A stretch of 64,000 nt of DNA from Selaginella moellendorffii. Taxonomy: Eukaryota > Plantae > Lycopodiophyta. This document shows, in pieces, positions 31,297-43,689 of this stretch. How positions within the stretch are numbered: position 1 is the stretch's first letter; each line of letters begins with the position of its first letter. The stretch covers positions 850,693-914,692 of the forward strand of contig NW_003314284.1 in NCBI RefSeq assembly GCF_000143415.4, read 5' to 3'. The notes beneath the pieces were generated by a model, which was not told the origin of the DNA, searched no databases, and worked only from the letters and a program-made list of their open reading frames with translations. The position numbers and the translations under genes are program-made.

Positions 31297-33250
31297 TTAT
31301 CCTTAGATACAAATATGCATTTTAATCACTTCAGCTTTAAACTAACTTTTTGCAATTGATTTAACACCTTTTGAACATCACAAATATGCTCCTCCCATAT
31401 CCCTTCTGAGTGGATCAAAACATCATTGAAGAAGTTGGTAGTCACCTTTAACATCTTGCAAAGAACTTCATCCACTATCCACTAGAAAATCACTAAAGTA
31501 TTGTTCAAACCGAATGGCATTACCAAAAACTTGTACAAACCAAATGATATATAAAAAGCAATCTTGGGAATATTCTTTTTGGCCATTAGCACTTGCCAGT
31601 ATCTAGAAACAAAATCTAATTTGGTGAACTAACAACTTCTCCCCATACGATTTAGAAGATTAGTATCGTGAGGAAAAGGGTATATATATGGGATAGTTAC
31701 TTTGTTTAAGGGATGACAATTGATGTAGAAACTAATACTCCCATTAGACTTCATTACAAGATGAGGTTCACATGCTTAAGGACTTCGTGACTTTTGAATA
31801 ACACCCTTTTTCAGATCTCTTTGATGTTTGTATGTAAAATCTTGATCTCCTTTGGTGACTGATGACGAACAGGAACCTTGATTGAACAAGCATCCCTAAT
31901 TGGAACAGGATGATGTGTTGCAATCTTGGCCCTAGATGACAAATTAAATTTGAAAAGATTAACATACTCCTTCATAAGTTAGTGAACCACTGCAACACAA
32001 AAATTGTCAAAGGGATTTAAAGAGGGAATAAAGGAACAAGATGGAAACATAAAAGGAAATAATGGGGAGACAAAAATGATGAAAACAGAAGTAGAAGGAC
32101 AAAAAGGAATAGAAATGAAAGGAATGAAAAAAAGATAAGGAATTATGAAACAAGGGGAGAAGCCTCAAAGTCACATTTGACATGATTACATGTAATCAAT
32201 CTATACCAAGGATGAGGTCAAAAGTTTGACTTGGCACCACTCTTAATAATAGAAGCTTCACCCTCAACATCACCCATACACAAAACTAGGTTCACCTCAT
32301 CCCGTGCACATGCATGTGTACAGTTATGCCATAAAGAATAAAAACTAGCTTTACGACATGACGCAAATGTAGATGGCAACATGTGGCAACACACTAAACA
32401 ATAGAAAATAAACTCAAGCCTATATTATCTAACACAAAAAGAATAATAGAAGACCTTTTGTTATAAAAATGATATTGAGAAGTAAACACTAGATGAATTG
32501 ATGCCAAATAAACCCTTTAATGATACTCCTAAAAAAAAATGAATGGATCACCAACTTATTGGCACAAGGAGCCCCCACTACTCACGTGACTCCTCGTTTC
32601 CTAGAAACATCTTGTTATTTAGAGCTTCCACTATAGCAGCATCAATAAGACATTGTTAACGCCAAAGTCTCCACCCAAGAAATAAAGTACACCAATCTAG
32701 AAAATGTTAACAACACCGATAAGTGTGACCAATTTCATCACACGCCCAATAGTGGACATCATGGCCATGACTACATCCTTACTTTTGTTTTTGAACTTGA
32801 GCAATAGTAGCATCAACTTCCATTAAAATAGAACCATCTCTCATATGAAGTGGAGGTAAAGCATGTGCAATAAAAAGTGGAACAAGTAATATCTCATACA
32901 ATGCACCAAAGAGAATGCTCTAATCTGTATAGTGGTTGCACTTAAACCATTGTACCATTGTAACACTGTCTCTTAGAGACATGTGAAAACTCAAACAAAC
33001 ACTAAACATCATCTCAAGAATGATATGTAACAATCACCATAAAATGATTAAACTAATGGTATATATCATCCATAGAATTCCTATAGAAGATCTTTAGCCA
33101 AATGCAAGGATTGGCAGCAATAGCAGGAGGAGTTGTACCATATGCTATGAATACTACCATCAACTAAGTTTGATTATTCAATTGCAACTGCATAACATCG
33201 AACAATTGCACTAATTATTGCTCCATAATTAAAGGAGGAGGAAGCTACTA
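31297..33250 (-). mobile_element. Old degenerate Ty3 element (RT recognisable; protease and gag eroded)
   Basis: Minus strand reads FGLYKFLVMPFGL and KLK*LKCIFVSKD. The upper boundary is approximate. Confidence 0.65.
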
Positions 33251-33901
33251 TGTCATGAAGATGAAAAAAAAGGAGAAAAACAAAAGAGAAAAAAATAAGT
33301 AAAATCTAGATGATGCTAAAGTTTAATTTAAACCAAAATCCCAAATTTAAACACTTCTTAGGAACAATTAAAGTTGCCCTCTCCTCCTCTGAATGAGTGC
33401 ATAAACTATGAAAATGGAAATACAAAATGTGCATCTTTATTCAAAAACCTTAGGTTATATATAGGAGTGAGTGGTTTGGATTGATATCAATTTGATGGCT
33501 ATCAAAATCCACTATACTAATATAAGTGTATAGCTGTTAATATTAGTATATAGCATTATAACCGTACACTTGAACCTTATAGATACTAATTTTGTTCCTT
33601 CTAAATAAATCTTGATAATATAAAATTACATTTGTTTAAATTTCCTTCACAAACTCATGCCTCTTTTATTTTTATTTTTTATTTCTTTTCTCATTCTTTT
33701 GATAAGTGGTTCCACTTAGATCTCACATATGTAATAATCTAATTAAAAATGATTTTCTATTAAGCTCTGAGTTTTCTATGCTACTAGAAATAGTAGAAAA
33801 GGAACAATTTCTTTAAAAAAGTAGTTTTTAATTGATTGAAGGTATTAATTGTACTAATCTAGAACTTTAGGAGATTATACTTGTTAGTTAAGCTGCACTT
33901 C

Positions 33902-34354
33902 ATGGGGTTTTTAATATTTTTTACTTTACTTATAAATATTTTTAAGTACTTTGTAAGTATAATTTTAAATGACTAATTTTTACTCAATTTTTCTATATTT
34001 ATATAGGTTATAATACATAGTGATTTTGTTGATACATGTGATATTAGTACAATGAAGCTTATAAGAATTGATGATAATGATGAAAGTAAAGGTTGGCAAT
34101 TTGAAGCTGTTTGTGAACCTCTTATAAATCAAAAATCAACCATTACTCTTAATAATTGTATTACAAATACTAATGGGAATATGGGTCATGGTCGTGATTT
34201 TCAATTATCATGTAATAGTGCAATTGTAACAATATCATATGAAGGTTGGGTCAAATTAGCAGCAGTATGCAGTACTTTTGGTGGTCTTCCAAATCCAACT
34301 ATAATTTATTTAAATTCAATTCTTGTAAATGTAAATGGTTATCTTAAATGTTAA
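33902..34354 (+). CDS. Secreted cyanovirin-N homology (CVNH) lectin-like protein, 132 aa; exons 33902-33952 and 34007-34354
   Basis: Signal peptide MGFLIFFTLLINIFKYF|VIIHS spans a 54-nt GTAAGT..ATATAG phase-0 intron. Two pseudo-repeats: DFVDTC..FEAVC..STITLNNCITNTNGNM and DFQLSC..LAAVC..G..TIIYLNSILVNVNGYLKC. Six Cys; AATAAA just after the stop. Confidence 0.85.
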
Positions 34355-34699
34355 ATTGAATAAAACCAATAATATAAAAAGAACACATTCTAAAATTTGT
34401 TTTTGAAAAAATTATTAAATAAATTATGTTATAAATATGAAATGATATAGTAAAGTTATTTATAAAATGTGAAACTAACCATTATTTCATTAAGTGATAA
34501 GGAATTTTATTTAGAGGTTGATTTTTCATATCATTTTTCTTATTACTGTTTTGACTTCACATTTGATCTTAAAAATGAATATAAATATCCAAAATGTGAT
34601 CTTTGTGATTGAGTCTTGGATTTGAATAATCAATTTATCCATACTTCTCCATGTTTTTATATATTATACTTAGTGTGTTTCCTTTCTTTTTGACATATA

Positions 34700-35060
34700 T
34701 ATAACTTAATAATATGAGTTTAGTGTTTGGGTTTTATAAAGGTGAACTAAAGAATGATTGTTGGTTATTTGGTGACTAATTATTATTTGTATACTTTGTC
34801 AAGGACTATTAGGATTTTATTTAGCTTGATAATGATTTAGTAGTGATAGGCTTGCTTTACCAATGTATTATGGAGGATTATGTTGTTGGGCTTGCATGGT
34901 TTTTATATATTAGCATATTGATTCCATCTCTATCAGTATTATTTGGTTGCATTTAGTTTTTGGTGTTAAATTACATTCAGTTTAGAATGTGGTGATTCAC
35001 TCCTTAATAATTTACCATTTGTAGCTGAGTATTATTCCAAAATTAATTGAATAAGATATC
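34700..35060 (+). mobile_element. Fragment homologous to the internal region of element A, lacking the element B insertion
   Basis: Aligns to the reverse complement of about 27566-27680 joined directly to about 20760-21001. Confidence 0.75.
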
Positions 35061-35334
35061 AATAACCTTAGTTAGTTTAATTAGAGAGGTGATTCTCTTT
35101 TAACTTTATTCAAGTATTAGTGGAGCATATATTATCTATCTCCCTTTAATGAGAGAACCTTTAATACTTATTTTATCCTTATTTATCCACCACTCTATCT
35201 CTCTACCCTTAAGCCAATTAAATAAAGGAGCCTTTAAAGTTATTTTATCCTCATTCATCTTATAATTGAATTTATCAATACTTCCATTATATAAACTGAT
35301 TATTCCATATGAAGTAATTAGTCATTTTAGGGAA

Positions 35335-35750
35335 CTAGATTATACCTCAAGTTAAATAGCCATGCCTAACCTATACTATCCCTACTATACATTTGGAACC
35401 CCTTCAAAGGAATGCATACTTTAGGTTTACACTAGGAGTTAGTCTCTAGAACAATCACAAAAATTTATTTAATATAAAATGGCATTAGATTATGCATTTA
35501 CAACACTATTGTGTTTAGGATAAACTCTACATTCTATAGATATGCCTCACTAGAAAATTTAAACACCTTCCATAAATAGTTATTGAGACCAAAGAAAACC
35601 AACACATATAGTATGATAGTGAGAGTATCTTGGCAAACACGGTAAGTTATCATTTAACAAATATTGAGGGATTAATCTCAATATTTTTGGGGTTTCTAAC
35701 ACTAGTAAATACAATCCAAATCAAGTATGCTTAATCAATAGAACTTAAGA
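35335..35750 (-). mobile_element. Degraded family-A LTR fragment
   Basis: ACTATCCCTACTATACATTTGGAACC and GGCAAACACGGTAA blocks are shared with 30650-31050. Confidence 0.8.
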
Positions 35751-35774
35751 ATGCTATTATGTAACGCATCTCTC

Positions 35775-36530
35775 TAATTGTTTATTATCTCCTCTAAATA
35801 ATTTAGATTTTACTATATCACCTAAGTATTTTCATGACCTGATCTTGGGTTCAAGATGAATGAGAAAATCAAGCTCTCTAATTTTTAAAACCCCAAAGAA
35901 AAATGAATTTGTGAAAAATAACAACCAAATCATTGAAATATTGTGTTTGGGATTAAATGGATACCTTGCATTGTGCAATACCTTGCTATAATACACCAAC
36001 AACTTAAGCCATTTTACTAGTGAATGTCATCTTTTGTAAGATAATCTTCCCCATTGACACTCCATAATTACATAGCACTCCAAAACATAGAACAAGAGCT
36101 GGGATAATGATCATAGTTCAAACTTTTTATAAGTAGAATTCTGCCATAATCTAAAAACTTTTTTAGAGAATATTATATATTGTGAAAAGCTAATAGATTT
36201 AACTAAATCATTAAACTTTTAGCAGCTAGAAAATTTATGTATATATCTTTTCTTCTGATGTATAATATCATTCATTAGATGTAAAAAATTTATTTACTTA
36301 AATATATTAAGCATAATATACAGCTCTAATTTATTTACTAATAGAAAACATAGTTAAAAAGATCTAGTGCAATTATAAAATAAATATACCATCACTTTAT
36401 TATGTTAGTGTCATCTAATAAGCTTTTACAGAATGGTGGTGGTGCTTGGTAGTTGGTAAACTACAAGGTACTTGACAAAATATAGATATTATCCTTTGGA
36501 ACTAGATAAAATTAGCTATCCAGACCAGAA
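35775..36530 (+). mobile_element. AT-shifted LINE-like RT relic (inverted second copy at 56200-56947); may extend to about 37800
   Basis: A stop-riddled frame gives LGFKMNEK, WIPCIVQYLAI (YLGI-like), LTLHNYIAL (LS..GR..L-like) and GGGAW in LINE order. The repeat itself is directly visible; the LINE identity is tentative. Confidence 0.5.
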
Positions 36531-37847
36531 TATCATAGTTCTGATTGAGAAAGATGAGCCCTTATGACTATAACTCTTTTTATGCTTCATTTTTTAAAAA
36601 CAATTTTAGGTACAGATTGTGTTGAGTATTCCATTTCTATCACTTAGTTTATAAGTCGTGTTCAAATAGTTCATAACAATGGAAAAAAAATATTTACTAA
36701 TCATTATTTTAATTTTAACTGATTTGAAAAATGGCATCCATATCTTGATAAATTACAAAACTTGTTTAAGCTCATTGCTGTAAGCAGGATTATAAATGTT
36801 TACTAGTGTTTTTATTAAGAAAATTGTGAAAAAATCAAATGCCTATTTAAACTATTAACAGAAGATTTGATTTAATAAAGAATTAGTTGTGTTTTTATGC
36901 TATCTACAATTGTCACTACCAAAACATATGCCTACTATGAAATATACTAGTTAGCCATGATTTTTTTTATACAATTGAACCATGATTTCATCTTTCAAAA
37001 TTTACTAATAGAGATGTCTAAGGGAATTAAGTCTGAAGATCTTGTCAAATAGAATTCATAAGAAATAGGTGTAGGATACCTTAAAAAAATCCAAAAAACT
37101 CAAAATTAAAAGGCACTCATTTTAGTGGAGTGAACTAATTTAGTTTATGATCTTTGGCATAATTCCCTGAAATTTTCTAAAGAAAAACGCTAATAAAATA
37201 GATATCATAAGCTCAAATTCTTGATTTGGATATTGGCATGCTTTTCTTTAATTTTTAATTCAGTAATTTTTTGTATAATATTTAAACTCATTATGCTATA
37301 TAAACACTTTGAACTATGTCCCAAATACTCCCTTTATTGTGATAGAGGTACTGTACAGATAATAGCCTGTTAATAGGATCATTCCACTTAAGAAAGTAAC
37401 ACTTTTGCGACTAAAGAAAAATCTTTTTCCTACATTCGCATTGACTTTTCACTGTAGGACTTCTCTATATTTATATTTTACAATTAGATTTATATATTCG
37501 ATGAGAAAAAGTATTTTATGATTTCAAGTGTATTTTTTAAATAGATCTGCAAAGAAAAAACACATTTAAAGACTTAATTCTGTCTAGGCTAGCATAACTA
37601 GATTCCTTGATAGTTTTACAGGTATTGACAAAGCATATTTAATAGATGTAAATCACATCTATTGGAATGTTACATTTTCTTGTCACGTGTTATGTTGGAA
37701 CAATTTGATTTAAGAGTCAATACCATAGTTTCATACACAAACTTTATCCCTTTTCTCCTACTTAGTTTAATTTATATCCTCTTAGCTTTTATACAAGAAA
37801 CCCCATTAGAAACTAAAAAGTGAAACTATGTTGTCAAAATATTTTAT

Positions 37848-38060
37848 TATAGTTTAACTATAGATTATATTGTTTTTTATATAATTTTAATAAATTATAT
37901 GTTATATCCTAGTTTATTGTAATAATATTAGTTTATCATAGTTTAATATTATAGTTTAATGTAATGAAATAAATTTCATAGTTTTAAAATTTCAAGTATA
38001 GTTTAAATAACATAGTTTTTTAAAGTAATATATTGAATATAGTTTAGATAACATAGTTTG
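37848..38060. repeat. Degenerate tandem array of an ATAGTTT core
   Basis: About nine TAGTTT copies with irregular AT-rich spacers. Confidence 0.6.
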
Positions 38061-38564
38061 CACTTCAAATAAGGGTAAGATCTATTGGATCTATTTTCAT
38101 CAAAGCTTCACAAAATTCCTCCAATTCAAGTTGAAAAGTTTGAAGAAGATCCTTTCTATTCCAGTCGCTAATTGAGAAGCCCAAGGACCACAGAGCCACT
38201 AGCTTTGAGTGCCTTTCAAAATTTCATATGCAATATAACAATCAAAGGATAAAAGTAAAAGATTAATAGTCAAGAATAGGCCTTTGAAATTATTGAAGGG
38301 AATCCAAATGATAAGTTAAACAAAGACCCACTATATAGTGGATGCTAACAGATTATAAAGAAAAAAACATGTTTCCCAGAATAAGATTCCTATATGCTCA
38401 GATTTGGTGAAAAGCAAAAGTTTTAAGATATGGAGTGGCAAAGTAGCCAAATGAAAGGGATATGGACAACTTTTAAGAATTATGGTTAAGTGGAAAGGTG
38501 GCATGAAATAAAAAAGAGAATAATAATGCCCTTAAGTAAAAACCTTTCTAGGTGTAAACAATTA

Positions 38565-39090
38565 ATTTTTCCATTCTACTTTAGTCACTTAACCACACCT
38601 CCGACCACTTGAAGGAGTTTCATTTATAACCTCTATAAATCTAATTTATGACGTGGGGCTTGCTAGCCCTAAGAATGGCATCTATACCACTCAATCGTTG
38701 CACTTGGTCTAAATGCTCCACATTTCCAATCTCATGACCAACACCCCAAGGTACTACCGACATATTAACTTATTACGCTAAGGCTATGCCCCTTCACCTT
38801 GGTCACACTAATGGTCCAACACCACCTACATCACAGTCCTGTCTCTCAAAGACTAAGCCATCTATTTATGAGTGATCATCGTAGATCCACTCCTTAGCAT
38901 CCTTAGGATGCCTACGGATATGGGGAATAGCCTTCCCAAATATCACTTTTTCGGTCCCCACTAAATCCCTTTTTGTCCATGGCCGTGTTCGCCAACACTA
39001 CCACTGGATCAAAACCTACAGCCCGACCATTAAGTCTCACTGTCCTCTAGGACTTCCTCACCATGTGACTGTATCCTTAGTCGCCACACT
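38565..39090 (-). mobile_element. Decayed retroelement internal segment (protease-like); direct repeat of 63583-64000 and partly of 39833-39990
   Basis: AATTTTTTCCATTCTAC..CCGACCACTTG..GGGAATAGCCTTCC is shared. The minus strand has a GIDAIL protease-end-like motif. Confidence 0.6.
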
Positions 39091-39139
39091 AAAGGACTAC
39101 TCCTCTTCCTTTCCACAGTTCAGGATTACTTTGTCTCAG

Positions 39140-39395
39140 CTTCGGACTCGGTCTTAGTCTTGGCCTCGGTCTTGGTCTCGGTCTTGGTCTCGGTCTCGGT
39201 CTCAATCTCGGTTCCATTTCGGACTCCATCTCAGGTTCATCTCGGACCCCATCTCGAACTCCATTTCGGGTCCATTTCAGACTCCATCTCGAGTCCATCT
39301 TAGACTCCATCTCAAACTCCATCTTGGGTCCATCTCGGAGTCCATCTTGGGTTAATCTCGGACTCCATCTCAGGTCTATCTCGGACTCCATCTTG
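39140..39395. repeat. 6-bp (CTCGGT) then 12-bp (TCGGACTCCATC) tandem repeats
   Basis: Directly visible units. Variants are mostly CpG transitions. Confidence 0.85.
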
Positions 39396-40769
39396 AACAC
39401 TTCTACGTGTCATGTGTTGGTTCTTTTCTGTCCCTTTTCTAAAGACTCACTTATTGCTCACTTCGTGCTTCTTCTTTGAGCCCTTCATTGGGAGTTCCAC
39501 TCCCACTCTCGACTTTTCGAGTCGGAGATTTTAGTCCAAACGTGTTACACTCATTTGGCTTTTGCTTCAGCCACTACCATGTGGCACCCTTTCAGCTCCA
39601 TGTTGAGACTTAGGGATTTGTGTCTCACACTAGGATGGAGAAGTGAAATTTGCACAACCAATATCTATACCACTCAGCCTATACACTTGGTTTGCATGCT
39701 CCACATATCCGACTTTATAATAGACACTTTAAAAATACCACTAACACATTAGCCCATTATACTAAAGCTATGTCTATTTACATTTGTGTCATTAGTAGCC
39801 AAGACAACTTGTGCCACAATCCTGTCTTCTGAAGACTAGGCCATCTATCCATGAGTGGTCATTCCATAACCACATTTTAGCATCCTTAGGATGCCCAAAG
39901 ATATAAAAAACACCCTTTCCCAATATCCCTTCTCCAGTCCCCACTAAATTCCACTTCATTTATAGTAATGCTCACCAACATTGCCACTGAGTTAGGATCC
40001 AAAAGTTTAATTTGCCAACTTACCACGTCTATCCAACCACCACTACCTTAACCTTAGTTAAGTTCTTTTACCAAGGTTCCCGTTTATTGTACTAGCTTAT
40101 ACTTGGTTTACTTAGTTTCAACTACTCATTACAAGAGCAACGAAGTGTTAAGCTATCCATCCACGAATTCCCAAATTCTTTCTCAATCCCCCTCCCTATG
40201 TTAGATTGGACTTAAAGTTTAACTACACTCACCGCAAATACAAGCAGTTGAACACACCAAGTTTCCAGGTTCCTAATATCCCATGGTACAATAAAACTTA
40301 ATTATGGGACTCTTTAACTCCCAAGCCTTAGATACATCTCTTACTTCAGGACCATGGAGGGAAACACTATAACTTAATAACTTAGTATAAATACCCTTAC
40401 TCTTCCATTTCCATCCCAAAGAGAAGGCTTAAGCCCCTAGGAAGGAGTGAGGACTAATAAATTACATAGTACTCAAGTAGAGCACCACTCCATATGAGCT
40501 AGAAGTACTGTAGTTGATTCCCTTTTTGGGAGTGGGAGCTGCTTTTGAGCACTTCCTTAGATGGCATTTTTGGCAAGTCCACACTCACTCCCATTTAAGG
40601 CTTTTAACCCCAATCCCATTTTCAACTCAATTTGGAAGCACCACTAAAGAGTCCCTTCAAGATTAGTTCTTAAACCTCACTATCCTTATTATATTTTTAG
40701 AACCCTTTGCAACCCTTTCCCCTAGGAGATGATTGCTTTGGGCTTTTACCTTACGATTTGTATTAGTAT

Positions 40770-41030
40770 TTGGATTCAATCTCAAACTTAATCTTGGATT
40801 TGATCTTAGACTTAACCTCAGACTCGGTCTCAAACTCGATCTCAGACTCAACATCGGGCCCAACCTCGAACTCGGTCTTGGACTTGATCTCAAGTCTTGA
40901 ACCCAATCTCGGATCTCAAACTTAGTTTTGAACTTGGTCTTGGACTCAATCTTGAACTCAGTTTCAGAGTTATGATCTTGAACTTAGTCTCGGAATCGGT
41001 CTTAGACTCAATTTCAGACTTAGTCTCATC
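40770..41030. repeat. More decayed 6/12-bp tandem array related to 39140-39395
   Basis: CTCGGT/CTCAGA/CTTGGA hexamer periodicity. Confidence 0.75.
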
Positions 41031-43689
41031 TAATAAACTCTTTATCATTTTAATTGTGATTTCAAATATCCTTTAACCTATGACACCTCAGGGAGTTAAT
41101 TCCTTACAACTTCACCACCCATAAAAGAAGTTCAATGTCTACAGGAACTTGGAGAGTTTTATGTTCTAGTTGCAACTTATAGCCTTTAACCCATAATTTC
41201 CACTCCTTCAACTTGTTTTTTAGTCAATCTTGGTCCTCCATAGTACCCTTTGAGTACCTCTTAATTTTAAAATGCTTTCTGACACTCTTTTTCAAATGTT
41301 TGACCACTTCCTTTATGACATAAGACTTTTAACTATTTGCAGAACAATCAAATGACTTTTTCTAACTCCCTTTTCATCTTCCCTACTTGTGTATTGGGTA
41401 GTAGTGCTAATCCCTTAGTAGAGCTCTACCCTTGACACTCTCTGCATACCAATCAATCCACCACTAAACAAAAACCTTAATCACAATTTTTTCATGAAGT
41501 CCTTATATCAGTAGCTCCAAAGTTGCTGCAAAAGTACCCCTATGTGAAATATGGGGGCAAGGAAGTTCCCCATAGCTCCTTTTACTGTCATTAGAACCCT
41601 GCACCCTCTAGGAAGAGGAGGCTAGATGCTTCAATAGAGAATGTTATTTATAAGTGTGTGTTTTGCTTGGTGGACTACCTTGCTGGCCATGCTGCACAAT
41701 ATCAAGATTTTTGCACCACAATAGAGCAAGTAATATATTAACTAGTGGTCATTAAGCAATGCATATGCATTGGTGAGCTTATTGAAACAGATGGATTCAC
41801 AAATAGAGCCACTTTAAGAGGTTCCAAGGCAGGTAAATAGAAGTAAGGGAAATTGCATAATTGAAAACACGCTCTAGTCAAGGATTTTAGAGCATGTTTC
41901 CCTAATGGATTTGAACCATACTTTTGAGACTTTCAAGGATGATATGCTTTGCTTCTTTTTTACTCTTCCAGATGATAAGCATGGCTTCGCTTATTGCAGA
42001 AGTAAAGGATTGGAATGGAGAGCTTGGTGGATAGAAAAATCCATCAACATCATATGACAAGAATAAAAGGACAAAATGAATAAATTGAAAGCAAAATTAT
42101 ACATTTTTATTAAACATTAAGCTAACCTATATGTATTATGTATTGGCAAGTTTTATCTCATTAGCATAAGTAGAATGTCAAGTTCCCATTATGAACAATG
42201 ATGGCAAAAATATATTACAATAAATACTAAAGACTAAAGCAAACAAAGTAAGAAAATTATATATAACTGGAGTATACAAATGTAAACTAGCCTCAAAAGA
42301 TCAACAGATTGAAAGATGCTAAAGCCCATCAGATGCATTCAGGAATGTGTTTTACAGGATGGTAAGTATTCCATAGCTTTCCAATAAGCCCAAAAGACAG
42401 TTCACGATGAAATTTTTAACCGAGACTGGATAGCATATATTTAAAATATCCTAGTATATTCTAGGATATTTCTCATGCTCTTAATCATTTGCAATCATTG
42501 TTTGATGATGATAAAAACCATAATTCCTTGCCATGCAGATAGATATGTTCCCAAGCTGGAGATCGATGCTCCACGACCTCCTGGACAATACCAAGGAGTC
42601 AGCGCTATGCGGCCATAGTGAGAGGGTAGCAATTTTCAACTCACCAAACAAACAACGCGCATGAATGAACTGTGAAGAAGGTGTGAGGTGTTTGCTGTAA
42701 ATTTGCTTATCGGCCGTTGAGTTGGGTGTGTGCAGGAGATGTTAGGGTATTGCGCTCGGCTCAGGGAGTTCATTGTGGCGTAAATGGGAGGCAATTACCA
42801 ATTACAAGCTGTTTATAAAGGTCACAGGACTGATTTGATTGTGTATCTTGAGTGGTGAAGGTAATATTCTTCAGCTGAAGAACGCAAGGAAGCAAGGTGA
42901 AAACAACGATGCAGAGGTGGGTTTGAGTTCAAATTTCTTCAGAAGGTGGTCACAGAGGTTTGTTCTTGTGATGAGGAACTCATATAGGCAAAAAGTCATG
43001 CATTTGTGCATGGGATCTTGATCTCAAGCAATCATGCTTAAAGTTCTTTTCAAGCTCAAGGACAGAAATGCATTGCTTTTTCGAGCGTGTCCTTTTGTTG
43101 GTGTGAGGAATGTGATTATCAGCAGCATTCACATGCACTCCATCCCTGGCGGCTACTACCATTATCACGACCATTAGGATTTGTCAATCAATCTTTCAAT
43201 GTTCTTGTCAACAGAATTTCTAACAGCATTCTCCAGATTTGAAACGCAAAGCGTTGCTGCTACACAGCGTAGCAAATCATCAAGTGATCCTTAGGAGTTA
43301 AAACTTATGTGGTGTGATTTAGAGTAGCAGAGCTCGATCCACTGGCCCAAGCACTCTCAGAGTGTTAGATTTCTTTTGGTTTTCTTTTGGTTCCCAGTGT
43401 TCTGGAGCGTGGAGCGAAGAGCAACAGGGAGCTGGAGCGAGGAGCAACAAGCAAGTTTCTCTTGTCTCCAGCTCTTGCTTGGAGCCTGGATCGACTCGAG
43501 GCAGCACGGTGCCCAGGTATTTGTCATCGACTTCTGCGCGGACGCCGGTGCCAAAGATGAGAATGTAGGCCAGAGATCGTTGCCCGTGTCAGCTTTGTAT
43601 ACTCCAGTCCGGAGGAGGTGGTGGAGCTCAAGATCTCCAAAGGCAAAGTACTGGTTTTTACTTGGCACATTAACTTAGGGCTTTAGGTG

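Noticed and set aside
39089-39400. ORF with EMES/RPRP repeats (also 40663-40893)
   Set aside because: Artefact of 6/12-bp tandem repeats, with no other coding evidence.
37848-41030. Short repeat arrays as possible CRISPR-like structures
   Set aside because: No constant-length repeat with unique spacers, eukaryotic context and no cas genes.
42980-43174. LELEKNFK resembling homeodomain helix 1
   Set aside because: No WFQNRR helix and no supportable gene structure.
41650-43680. Scattered exon/intron-like patches before THO6
   Set aside because: I could not assemble a consistent frame or recognise a family.
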